Sequence record: DRR378314_334
Length of the DNA: 36,540 nucleotides
Direction: 5' to 3' (one strand)
The notes under the pieces are model-generated. The model had not been told where the DNA came from, made no database searches, and worked only from the letters and a program-made list of their open reading frames with translations. A program made the translations under genes and the position numbers. Shown here piece after piece: positions 9,470-17,634 of this stretch (position 1 is its first letter; every line of letters begins with the position of its first letter).

Positions 9470-10675
9470 TTATCCAAATATTACCGGCAGTTGTTTCAGG
9501 CCACGCAGGCCGGATCGCGGGATCCATTTCAACCTGTCTGGATCAACGCCCAGCGTCAGGCCCGGCCATCCGTCCAGAAGGCTGTCGAACGCAGCCTGCG
9601 CCTCGGCGCGCGCCAGATGCAGGCCGAGACAGATATGCGGGCCGCCGCCCCATCCCATGTGCCGGTTCGGGCGGCGCGTCAGGTCTAGCGACACAGGGTC
9701 TTCAAAGACGCGGGGATCGAGATTTGCCGCAGCCAGCATCCCCACCAGCCGATCCCCCTGTTTCAAGTGCAGGCCGTGAAATTCCGTGTCTTCCCGTGCG
9801 TAGCGCGGCTTGGTCATCTGAACCGGCGCGCAATAGCGGACAAGTTCGTCCACAGCGATGCCGCGCCCATCCTCGTCCATCGCGCGGTAAGCGTCCGCCG
9901 CCCCCGGCGTCGTGAGCAACGTATACAGCCCGGTCGAGATGAGATGCTTTGTCGTTTCGTGCCCAGCGATGAAGAGGACGAACACCATCGCGACAAGCTC
10001 ATCGTCGCTCATGCGCTCGCCATCCGCCTCTGCATGGACCAGTTCCGTCACAAGTCCCGGCCCCGGCTCCCGGCGCACGCGCTCGAATTCGTCTTCCAGC
10101 ATACGCTGGACCGGGCCGAGCAGGGTCAGTCCTCGCAGCACATTGAAGATGTTCGCGGTCGCTGTGAGGCCCTGAAGCAGGGAGTCCAGACGCTCGCGCA
10201 GCGCTCCCGAAAAACCCAGCAGGTCATAGATCACGATCAGAGGCAGCTGTCGGCACAGGCCTTCTACCAAATCCGGCTCTCCTGATTTGACCATGTCATG
10301 CACCAACGCGTCACAAGCCTCACGAATACGCGGCTTCAGCTCATCAATGGAGACGCGCCGGAAAGGCTGGTCGACCAATCGCCGGAGCCGTCGATGGTCC
10401 GGATCGTCGAGTGACAGCAGATTGTTTGACAGGCGCTTCAGGGATTTCGGCAGGAGTTTCATGCCAAAGGGCGAGTCCGCGCCCGCATTGCGCGCGTCCA
10501 CGGCAAAGCGGTCGGAATCCTTCAGGAATTCCTGGCACTCCGCATGGCCCAGCACCAGCGTGCAGCGGCCCAGAAAGGGCAGTTTCTGAGTGACGAACAA
10601 GCTTTCACCTTGCGCAGGCACGAGGAAATCCTGCGGCGCACGCAGATAGGCCTGCGAGTTGAGCGGAAGGCTCAC
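9470..10675 (-). CDS. Cytochrome P450
   Basis: DDPDHRRLR, I-helix AGHETT, ExxR (ELVR) and heme loop WGGGPHICLG; GTG start overlaps the upstream small ORF stop (GTGA). Confidence 0.92.
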   Translation of the reverse strand: MSLPLNSQAYLRAPQDFLVPAQGESLFVTQKLPFLGRCTLVLGHAECQEFLKDSDRFAVDARNAGADSPFGMKLLPKSLKRLSNNLLSLDDPDHRRLRRLVDQPFRRVSIDELKPRIREACDALVHDMVKSGEPDLVEGLCRQLPLIVIYDLLGFSGALRERLDSLLQGLTATANIFNVLRGLTLLGPVQRMLEDEFERVRREPGPGLVTELVHAEADGERMSDDELVAMVFVLFIAGHETTKHLISTGLYTLLTTPGAADAYRAMDEDGRGIAVDELVRYCAPVQMTKPRYAREDTEFHGLHLKQGDRLVGMLAAANLDPRVFEDPVSLDLTRRPNRHMGWGGGPHICLGLHLARAEAQAAFDSLLDGWPGLTLGVDPDRLKWIPRSGLRGLKQLPVIFG

Positions 10676-10812
10676 CCCTTTTCACCGCTGTCTGGCTTTG
10701 TCGCCGAGGGCGCCTTCTCCTTGCGAGTCGCGGCCTTGCGCCGGCGCAAATTGGCCCTCAACGCCTCTGCCCGGCGTGCGGCTTTTTCCTGTTCGTTTGG
10801 CTTGTCTGTCAT
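10672..10812 (-). CDS. Small basic hypothetical protein (46 aa, MTDKPNEQEKAARRAEALRANLRRRKAATRKEKAPSATKPDSGEKG)
   Basis: Translated by hand (below the ORF-track cutoff). ATG at 10812, TGA at 10672 coupled to the P450 start. The 'AEALRANLRRRK' core resembles small proteins I recall upstream of murA in alphaproteobacteria. Confidence 0.7.
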   Translation of the reverse strand: MTDKPNEQEKAARRAEALRANLRRRKAATRKEKAPSATKPDSGEKG

Positions 10813-10891
10813 GTGAGGTGCTTTTCGCGGCAAAACGGTCTTTTCATGTCTGCCAGCATAAGCTAAAGCCCGCTTTCCATTCCTGCAATGT

Positions 10892-10966
10892 GCCGCGGTA
10901 GCTCAGTGGTAGAGCGCATCATTGGTAATGATGAGGCCGGGAGTTCAATTCTCCCTCGCGGCACCA
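10892..10966 (+). tRNA. tRNA-Thr (anticodon GGT)
   Basis: GCCGCGG/TCGCGGC acceptor stem, CATCA-TTGGTAA-TGATG anticodon arm, TTCAATT T-loop, CCA end; 75 nt. Confidence 0.95.
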
Positions 10967-11194
10967 GGATTTCCCCTCATTTCGCAAGAGATCGCTGACG
11001 CGGATGTGGTCCCTCTCGGGAAACGCTGAGCCTCAGTTCGATTTGGCGAAATGGACGTGCATGAGAGACGAGCACGTCGCATGAAATCATGCGCACTCAG
11101 GCTCAACAATAAAACTTTGGTATATCTTTTGTCTTGCCCTCGCGCGACGCCCGTGAAAACAATTGCCGATCAGTCACGGAAGGAAGCAGCCCAC

Positions 11195-12235
11195 ATGAAG
11201 GCGTACGTCATTGGAGACTACATCAACACCAAACAATTGGCGCCGGTAGACCGTCCCGATCCGACGCCCGGCCCCGGTGAAGTCCTCATGAAAGTGCGTG
11301 CGACCGGTCCAAATGCGCGTGACTTTCAGATCTGGACAACCGGCACCGCCATGGGACCTCCGCCCAGCGAGCGGGTTGTGTGCGCAGACAATGCCGGCGA
11401 AGTTCTGGCCGTCGGTGAAGGCGTCACCAATGTAAAGCCTGGCGACCGCATCTCGACGATCCATTACAATCAATGGATCGATGGCCCGTGGGACTTTGAA
11501 ATGCGGCACATTGATCATGGGCAAACAATTGATGGGTTCATGCAGGAGAAGGCCATTGTATCGGCCGAGGCTGTGGTCAAGCTGCCCGAGAATATCTCCT
11601 TTGAAGATGCATCCACCCTGCCCAGCGCAGGACTGACGGCATGGAACGCCGTGGTTGCCACCGGCCAGGTCAAGGCGGGCGAAACCGTTGTCACGATCGG
11701 CACGGGCGGGGTTTCCGTTTTCGCCATGCAATGGGCAAAGATGCTGGGTGCACGCGTCATCGTTACCTCGTCCAGCGACGAAAAACTGGCAAAGATGGAA
11801 GAGCTGGGCGCGGACGATGTCATCAATTATCGGACGCATCCGGAATGGTCCAAACAGGTGATGGAATTAACGGGTGGCCGCGGCGCTGAAGCTGTCATCA
11901 ACAATGTCGGCACATCTGAAATGGATCAGTGCCTGGAATCCTGCGCATCGTGCGGCCGGGTGATGTTTCTTGGGCACAGCCCGGTTTCCTCTGACCGCGA
12001 AGCCCGCGCGATGCCCCCGCTCCTGCGCCTTCCTTTGCTCATCATCAAGAACATCGATATTCGCGGTGTGATTGTTGGTAGCCGGAAAATGTACGAAGAT
12101 CTGATCAACGCAGTCTCAAAGCACAACATCAAACCGATCATCGACCGCGTCTACGATTTCGACCAGGCCAACGAAGCCGTCGCCTATATGGCCAGCACCG
12201 ACAAGATCGGGAAAGTCGTCATTCGCGTGAACTGA
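11195..12235 (+). CDS. NAD(P)-dependent MDR-family (alcohol dehydrogenase/quinone reductase-like) oxidoreductase
   Basis: PTPGPGEVL, AGEVLAVGEGV, AGLTAWNA, GTGGVS and GKVVI motifs; no complete Zn-Cys cluster. Start moved to ATG 11195 (AAGGAAG upstream). Confidence 0.85.
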   Translation: MKAYVIGDYINTKQLAPVDRPDPTPGPGEVLMKVRATGPNARDFQIWTTGTAMGPPPSERVVCADNAGEVLAVGEGVTNVKPGDRISTIHYNQWIDGPWDFEMRHIDHGQTIDGFMQEKAIVSAEAVVKLPENISFEDASTLPSAGLTAWNAVVATGQVKAGETVVTIGTGGVSVFAMQWAKMLGARVIVTSSSDEKLAKMEELGADDVINYRTHPEWSKQVMELTGGRGAEAVINNVGTSEMDQCLESCASCGRVMFLGHSPVSSDREARAMPPLLRLPLLIIKNIDIRGVIVGSRKMYEDLINAVSKHNIKPIIDRVYDFDQANEAVAYMASTDKIGKVVIRVN

Positions 12236-12300
12236 TCCCTTGCAAATCATCAAGCGCACCGAGCCGATCCCACATCGCCGACGTGTTAGGATTTCAAACT

Positions 12301-12338
12301 AGAAAGGGTGGTGCCTCCGGGCCCGCCCTTTTTCTTTT
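12301..12338. terminator. Intrinsic terminator between convergent MDR gene and glpK
   Basis: AAAGGGTGG...CCGCCCTTT hairpin followed by TTCTTTT. Confidence 0.7.
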
Positions 12339-12359
12339 GTCTCTGACAATGTGCAGGGA

Positions 12360-13841
12360 TCAGGCCAGAGTTTTTTTCAGGGCGGTTGCCCAGCCGCGGC
12401 GGAGGCGGGCGGACGCGGTCTTTTCCATTTGGGGCTCGAACCGCGTGCCTGGTACGGTGCGGCTGGCCCAGTCATCGACGGATAGCCAGCCAAGCTGCAT
12501 CGCTGCCAGAGCTGCTGCACCAAGCGCTGTCATCTCGCGATAGTCCGGCCGCAGAATAGGCCGTTCGCAAATGTCGGCAATGAACTGCATCAGCCAGTCA
12601 TTCGCCACCATGCCGCCATCAACGCGCAGCTCCCTGATCGCGACACCGTCTGCCTCGAATGCGTCGAGCAGATCCCGCGTCTGATATGCAACGGATTCGA
12701 GGCCCGCGCGGACCAGATGCTCCGCAGTCGTGGCCCGCGTGATGCCCGTAATTGTGCCGCGGGCATCCGCTTCCCAATGCGGCGCCCCGAGTCCGGTAAA
12801 GGCCGGCACGATGTAGACACCGCCATTGCCCGGCAGGCTGGCCGCTATTTCCGCGCTTTCCGCTGCATCCTCGATCAGGCGCAAATCATCGCGAAGCCAT
12901 TGCACGATTGTGCCGGCGTTGAAGATCGACCCTTCCAGCGCCATTGCCCCCCTGCCCGGCGCTTCATAACCAATTGTGCCCAGCAGGCGGTTGACCGATT
13001 GCGGACGATCCTGCCCGCAATTGGCCACCAGGAACGCCCCGGTGCCATATGTAATCTTGGCGGTTCCCACATCCAGGCAAGCCTGACCAACAAGCGCAGA
13101 CTGCTGGTCGCCCGCCGCTGACAGAATCGGCAATGCCTTTCCGAGCAAGGCCGCATCACCCGTTCCAAAATCATCCGCATTCTGTCTTATCTCTGGAAGC
13201 AGGGATTTCGGCACCCCCAGAAGGCTGCACATGGAATCGCTCCAGCCAGCATCCCCGCCCAGGCCAAGCCGGTAGAGCAAGGTCCGCGATGCATTGGTCA
13301 CGTCCGTCACATGGGATGCGCCGCCGGTCAGCTTCCATATCAGGAAGCTCTCGATTGTGCCGAAGGCCAACTCTCCCGCCTCGGCACGCGCGCGAGCGCC
13401 ATCCACATTGTCCAGTATCCAGCCAATCTTCGTGCCGGAAAAATAGGGATCGACCAGAAGGCCCGTCTCTTCGTGCACGGCGGCTTCATGACCCTGCTTG
13501 CGCAGGCGGTCACAGGTTTCTGCCGTGCGACGATCCTGCCAGATAATGGCCGGGGCGACGGGCTTTCCAGTCACACGATCCCAGACGAGCGTCGTTTCGC
13601 GCTGATTGGTAATGCCGATGCCGGCAATACGCTCTACGCCGCCCGCCTCCGCAATCGCAGAGCGGCACACGCCGAGCGTCTTCTCCCAGATCTCCTCGCC
13701 GTCCTGCTCGACCCAGCCATCATTCGGATAAGTCAGCGGCACCTCTTCCTGCGCCAGCGCGACTTCATTCAGGTCGCGGTCGAACACGATTGCCCGCGTG
13801 GATGTGGTGCCCTCATCAATGACGAGAATATAGTCGCCCAT
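12360..13841 (-). CDS. glpK: Glycerol kinase
   Basis: IDEGTTSTRA, GITNQRET, WQDRRT, DPYFSGTK, GDQQSAL, TYGTG and LRVDGG motifs. The real start is ATG 13841; the ORF-track extension overlaps the upstream gene. Confidence 0.93.
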   Translation of the reverse strand: MGDYILVIDEGTTSTRAIVFDRDLNEVALAQEEVPLTYPNDGWVEQDGEEIWEKTLGVCRSAIAEAGGVERIAGIGITNQRETTLVWDRVTGKPVAPAIIWQDRRTAETCDRLRKQGHEAAVHEETGLLVDPYFSGTKIGWILDNVDGARARAEAGELAFGTIESFLIWKLTGGASHVTDVTNASRTLLYRLGLGGDAGWSDSMCSLLGVPKSLLPEIRQNADDFGTGDAALLGKALPILSAAGDQQSALVGQACLDVGTAKITYGTGAFLVANCGQDRPQSVNRLLGTIGYEAPGRGAMALEGSIFNAGTIVQWLRDDLRLIEDAAESAEIAASLPGNGGVYIVPAFTGLGAPHWEADARGTITGITRATTAEHLVRAGLESVAYQTRDLLDAFEADGVAIRELRVDGGMVANDWLMQFIADICERPILRPDYREMTALGAAALAAMQLGWLSVDDWASRTVPGTRFEPQMEKTASARLRRGWATALKKTLA

Positions 13842-13893
13842 GTCGCCTGCCCTCTGGTGTTTGAGACAGGATGGACCGGTGCGCGCCTGCCGG

Positions 13894-14361
13894 TCAACGC
13901 GCGTTTCGCTGTGCCCCGCGATCCCCGAACCACCAAAGTGTCGCCGCGGTTGCCGCGAATGTGGCTGTCTCGACGATCTTCGCCTGCTCGGTCTCAGGCG
14001 ACGCGAGAAACACAAGCCACGTGATCAGCCATAGTAGCAGGGTCAGCACGGGCCGGGTCAGCGCGCGCACGGCATTCACCCAGGCATAGCTTTCGCCGAT
14101 GGAGGCCTCTGCCTGCATCGACGCCGCCAGCCCCTGCCAGCGACCAGAGGTTTCGGCCTGCCGCTCTGCTGCTTCGCTCTCTTCCCGGCGCGCCTGCAAT
14201 TCGAGCCCGGCAAGGTGGGCCTCATGTTGCCACCGGGCCCGCTCATGCGCCTGCGACTGGCGCTGTTCGAAGTATCCCGCGGCCCGACCGATCACCGTAC
14301 CGAGCAGGCCGAACACGCCGCCCCCTGCCGCGCTTGCGGCCAGACCGATCAGCTCCGCCAT
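13894..14361 (-). CDS. Holin-like membrane protein (resembles 3TM gene-transfer-agent/phage holin family)
   Basis: Gly/Ala-rich hydrophobic N-terminal helix, charged coiled coil, WVNAVRALTRP followed by a TM segment, second hydrophobic helix ending WWFGDR with a basic tail; overlaps the peptidase stop; AGGAG SD. Confidence 0.6.
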   Translation of the reverse strand: MAELIGLAASAAGGGVFGLLGTVIGRAAGYFEQRQSQAHERARWQHEAHLAGLELQARREESEAAERQAETSGRWQGLAASMQAEASIGESYAWVNAVRALTRPVLTLLLWLITWLVFLASPETEQAKIVETATFAATAATLWWFGDRGAQRNAR

Positions 14362-14768
14362 TTCGACCGGCTCCTCTTATAGTACCAGCGCGCGGGCTGT
14401 TCGCGCCGGTCCAGATGCAGGAAGTTTCGCCCAAGACCCATGCCGGTGAACCCGAGCTCCCCCGCCGCAGAGAGGAGCGCGAACCGGTCATGGCCGATCA
14501 GGGAAATGTCGACGGCCAATTCCAGATGTCGGGATTGCCGCGCGCCGCCAATCTCTGTGTTCCATCCTTCACACCGATGACCGGAATTGATGAACAAGGG
14601 TCGCCCGACCCGTGCGCGCAATGCCTCCAGTGAGTCGAGAAAGTCGGTGTCATGCCAATATTCGCCTTCGCAGAACTGACCCGCACATTTGCAGGCAAGT
14701 TCTCTGGGCGGAAAATGCGGCCAGCGCCAGCCATGCGCATCGAACAGGGAAACAGACGGGATCAACAT
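14349..14768 (-). CDS. Peptidase M15 family Zn metallopeptidase (endolysin-like)
   Basis: WPHF..RELACKC, LEALRARVGRPLFINSGHRC..WN..IGGA..SRH...AVDI and FLHLD motifs (H, D, H Zn ligands); no signal peptide. Confidence 0.85.
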   Translation of the reverse strand: MLIPSVSLFDAHGWRWPHFPPRELACKCAGQFCEGEYWHDTDFLDSLEALRARVGRPLFINSGHRCEGWNTEIGGARQSRHLELAVDISLIGHDRFALLSAAGELGFTGMGLGRNFLHLDRREQPARWYYKRSRSKWRS

Positions 14769-14815
14769 GTCCCGAGGCTGACACGGGCCAGCCTCTGCCG
14801 GATTGGAAACGGTGC

Positions 14816-14858
14816 AAAAAATACAACGCCCCTGAAATCACTCGGATCTCAGGGGCGT
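14816..14858 (-). terminator. Intrinsic terminator after nitronate monooxygenase gene
   Basis: ACGCCCCTGA/TCAGGGGCGT 10-bp stem followed on the minus strand by TGTATTTTTT. Confidence 0.75.
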
Positions 14859-14889
14859 CTTCAATGTAGAGAGCGGGGAGAAGAGGAAT

Positions 14890-15885
14890 CTACTCCGCAG
14901 CCACCGGAGCAACGCCGAACGCCTGACGATTGGCAAGGGCCGCGCGGGCCTCGTCATATTCCCTTGCCAGCTTGTCGACGAATTCCGCCGTCGGCATCCG
15001 CTTGTCGATGGCACCAATGCCTTGGCCACACCCCCAGATATCTTTCCAGGCCTTGGCTTCCTGATTGCCGCCGGATCCGAAATTCATCGCGCTCGGATCA
15101 CTCTCAGGCAGATTGTTGGGGTCAAGCCCGGCCTTTGAAATGGATGGTGCGAGGTAATTGCCATGCACGCCGGTGAACAGGTTCGAATAGACAATGTCGC
15201 CCGCTTTGGAATCGACAATCATGTCCTTGTATCCATCAACAGCGTTCGCTTCGTCGCACGAGATGAAGGCCGAGCCGATATAGGCGAGATCCGCGCCGAG
15301 CGCCTGCGCCGCTGCGATGGACCCGCCATTGGCGATGGAGCCCGACAGCGCAAGTGGTCCGTCAAAGAATTGGCGGATCTCCTGAATCAGCGCGAAAGGC
15401 GACAGGGTGCCTGCATGGCCACCTGCCCCGGAGCAGACGGCAATCAGACCATCTGCGCCCTTCTCCAGCGCCTTGTGCGCGAAGACCACATTGATGATGT
15501 CGTGCAGCACGATACCACCATAGGAGTGGATGGCATCGTTCACTTCCTGACGCGCGCCCAATGATGTGATCACCACTGGCACCTTGTACTTCACGCACAT
15601 TTCCACGTCATGATCGAGGCGGTTGTTCGTCTTGTGGACAATCTGGTTCACCGCAAAGGGCGCCGCCGGGCGATCCGGGTTCTTTTCATTATATTCGGCC
15701 AGTTCTGTCGTGATCTTGTCGAGCCACTCGTCAAGCACGTGTTCCGGTCGGGCGTTCAGCGCCGGGAAACTGCCGACCACGCCCGCCTTGCACTGGGCGA
15801 TCACGAGGTCCGGATTTGAGATGATAAACAGTGGCGACCCGATGACCGGGATGCGCAGGTTCTGGAGAATGGGGGGCAGTGCCAT
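14890..15885 (-). CDS. Nitronate monooxygenase family (FabK/2-nitropropane dioxygenase-like) flavoprotein
   Basis: PVIGSPLFIIS, GSFPALNAR, AVNQIVH, GAGGHAG and WKDIWGCGQG motifs; GAGGT SD. Confidence 0.9.
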   Translation of the reverse strand: MALPPILQNLRIPVIGSPLFIISNPDLVIAQCKAGVVGSFPALNARPEHVLDEWLDKITTELAEYNEKNPDRPAAPFAVNQIVHKTNNRLDHDVEMCVKYKVPVVITSLGARQEVNDAIHSYGGIVLHDIINVVFAHKALEKGADGLIAVCSGAGGHAGTLSPFALIQEIRQFFDGPLALSGSIANGGSIAAAQALGADLAYIGSAFISCDEANAVDGYKDMIVDSKAGDIVYSNLFTGVHGNYLAPSISKAGLDPNNLPESDPSAMNFGSGGNQEAKAWKDIWGCGQGIGAIDKRMPTAEFVDKLAREYDEARAALANRQAFGVAPVAAE

Positions 15886-15914
15886 GAGAAATTACCTCAC
15901 CTGATAACGACGTC

Positions 15915-15932
15915 GTTTACGTAAACGGAAAC
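15915..15932. promoter_or_regulatory. LiuR-like (MerR family) binding site
   Basis: GTTTACGTAAACGGAAAC, one mismatch to GTTTACGTnnACGTAAAC; 30 bp upstream of the NMO start. Confidence 0.65.
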
Positions 15933-16059
15933 TATCGCTTGATCCATGTTGGGCAAGGCGTGACGTTGCGGAGACCTCTTGCCCTCAACTGCTGTTCAGG
16001 CCAGAGTACCGGGCATCCACAACAGTGCCAAAAAATTTTGTCCGAGGGAGAAAAACGGA

Positions 16060-17235
16060 ATGCGAAACTTGAGCCTGACTTTTGGTAGCGCTATCATACT
16101 GGCGGCAGCGGCTGCCTGTTCCGGCGAACCGGCAGACCAGGGCGCCGACACAGAGGTCGCCACACCACCCGCCGAAGTCTCAGAAACAGCTGACACCGAA
16201 CTATCGGAGTCGAAATATCTTGTCCAACCGCTTGTCTCCGAAATCTTCACCGCAGACCCGTCGGTGCACGTTTGGGACGATGGCCGCATCTATGTCTACC
16301 CAAGCCACGACTATGACGCCGGCATCCCTGAAGATGATCTCGGCAGCCAGTATGCGATGCGCGACTATATCGTCCTCTCGATGGATGAAGTCGGCGGCGA
16401 CGTGACCATCCACGATGTTGCGCTGGATGTGGACGATGTCGCCTGGGCCGCGCAGCAGATGTGGGCCCCGGATGCCGCGCACAAGGATGGCAAATACTAT
16501 CTCTATTTCCCGGCCAAGGATGCGGACGGCGTCTTCTATATCGGCGCCGCCGTCTCTGACAGTCCGACCGGCCCGTTCACCGCTGAGCCGGAACCAATCG
16601 AAGGTTCGTTCTCGATGGACCCGAGCGTCTTCGAAGATACGGATGGCGAATACTACATGTATTTCGGCGGCATCTGGGGCGGCCAGCTGCAACGCTGGGC
16701 GACAGGTGAATACAATGCTGATCCCGGCCTCAACACCGATCTCGTCAATGATGATCCCCTGACCAATGATGACGAAGCCGGCCAGCCGGACGATGTCGCC
16801 CTGATGCCGAAAATCGCCCGCATGGGTGACGACATGGTGTCCTTTGCAGAAGCCCCGAAGGACGTGATGATCCTTGATGAGAATGGCGATCCGATCAAAG
16901 CGAAGGACCATGCACGTCGCTTCTTCGAGGCGGCCTGGGTCAACAAGATTGGCGACAAATACTACCTCTCCTATTCAACAGGCGATACGCATCTGATCGT
17001 CTATGCGACAGGCGACAGTCCCTATGGCCCATTTACCTATCAGGGTGTCGTCAATCAGCCAGTTGAAGGTTGGACCAATCACCATTCAATCTTCGAGCAT
17101 GATGGGAAATATTATCTGGCCTATCACGACGTTCAGCTGAGCGGGAAAAGCCATTTGCGCAATGTGAAGATTGCCGAACTGACGATCAACGAAGACGGCA
17201 CGATCGAGCCCATCGATCCGATGCCGGGCGAATAA
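16060..17235 (+). CDS. Glycoside hydrolase family 43 (beta-xylosidase/alpha-L-arabinofuranosidase-type) lipoprotein
   Basis: TADPSVH, YVYPSHD, QMWAPD, SMDPSVF, RFFEA, YSTGDTH and GWTNHHS motifs; lipobox AAAC; GGGAG SD before ATG 16060. Confidence 0.92.
   Translation: MRNLSLTFGSAIILAAAAACSGEPADQGADTEVATPPAEVSETADTELSESKYLVQPLVSEIFTADPSVHVWDDGRIYVYPSHDYDAGIPEDDLGSQYAMRDYIVLSMDEVGGDVTIHDVALDVDDVAWAAQQMWAPDAAHKDGKYYLYFPAKDADGVFYIGAAVSDSPTGPFTAEPEPIEGSFSMDPSVFEDTDGEYYMYFGGIWGGQLQRWATGEYNADPGLNTDLVNDDPLTNDDEAGQPDDVALMPKIARMGDDMVSFAEAPKDVMILDENGDPIKAKDHARRFFEAAWVNKIGDKYYLSYSTGDTHLIVYATGDSPYGPFTYQGVVNQPVEGWTNHHSIFEHDGKYYLAYHDVQLSGKSHLRNVKIAELTINEDGTIEPIDPMPGE
16083..16096. promoter_or_regulatory. 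LacI-family (XylR-like) operator inside GH43 signal-peptide codons
   Basis: TGGTAGCGCTATCA palindrome; 12 of 14 positions match the site before the DUF1593 gene. Confidence 0.5.
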
Positions 17236-17255
17236 TCACGCCCGCCTGTCCGACG

Positions 17256-17294
17256 AAAAAGAAGCCGGTACGGAATTCCCGTACCGGCTTTTTC
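17256..17294. terminator. Bidirectional intrinsic terminator
   Basis: AAGCCGGTACGG-AATTC-CCGTACCGGCTT stem flanked by A and T tracts between convergent genes. Confidence 0.85.
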
Positions 17295-17354
17295 AGTTTG
17301 CGCGACTAATAACTCTCACGCATTGGAGAGAACTTCCGACTGGCCGGGGATCCC

Positions 17355-17576
17355 TCATCCCCCGACCAGCCGGTCCTGCATCATGGCCAACCAGCTTTGC
17401 TGGCGATGAAGCATGGATACGATGTCCTCTGAATCCCCGTCTTCAATGAGACGATCCATCCAGAAGCCTAGAATGCGGGTGTGCGTTTCCATCCAGTCCC
17501 TCAAGGCTTCATGCCGGGCTCCTGCCGCCGCGAGCGGCTCTGAAACAGGCTGAAACGGCAAGAGCTTGGCGGACAT
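17355..17576 (-). CDS. Hypothetical protein (73 aa)
   Basis: Fills the intergenic gap; GGGAG SD, upstream sigma70-like promoter and downstream terminator; predicted helical. Confidence 0.65.
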   Translation of the reverse strand: MSAKLLPFQPVSEPLAAAGARHEALRDWMETHTRILGFWMDRLIEDGDSEDIVSMLHRQQSWLAMMQDRLVGG

Positions 17577-17605
17577 GACTCACTCCCTATCTGCGAACAA
17601 TTCTC

Positions 17606-17634
17606 ATTCTCATGGAGTCGAGGAAGAGAGTCAA
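17606..17634 (-). promoter_or_regulatory. Sigma70-type promoter for the 73-aa gene
   Basis: Minus strand TTGACT-N17-GAGAAT. Confidence 0.5.

Noticed and set aside
11137-11144. CCCTCGCG matching the tRNA-Thr 3' region as a possible att repeat
   Set aside because: Only 8 bp of GC-rich sequence and no integrase; compatible with chance.
13842-14015. ORF-track N-terminal extension of glpK
   Set aside because: It overlaps the holin-like gene; glycerol kinase similarity begins at MGDYILVIDEGTT.
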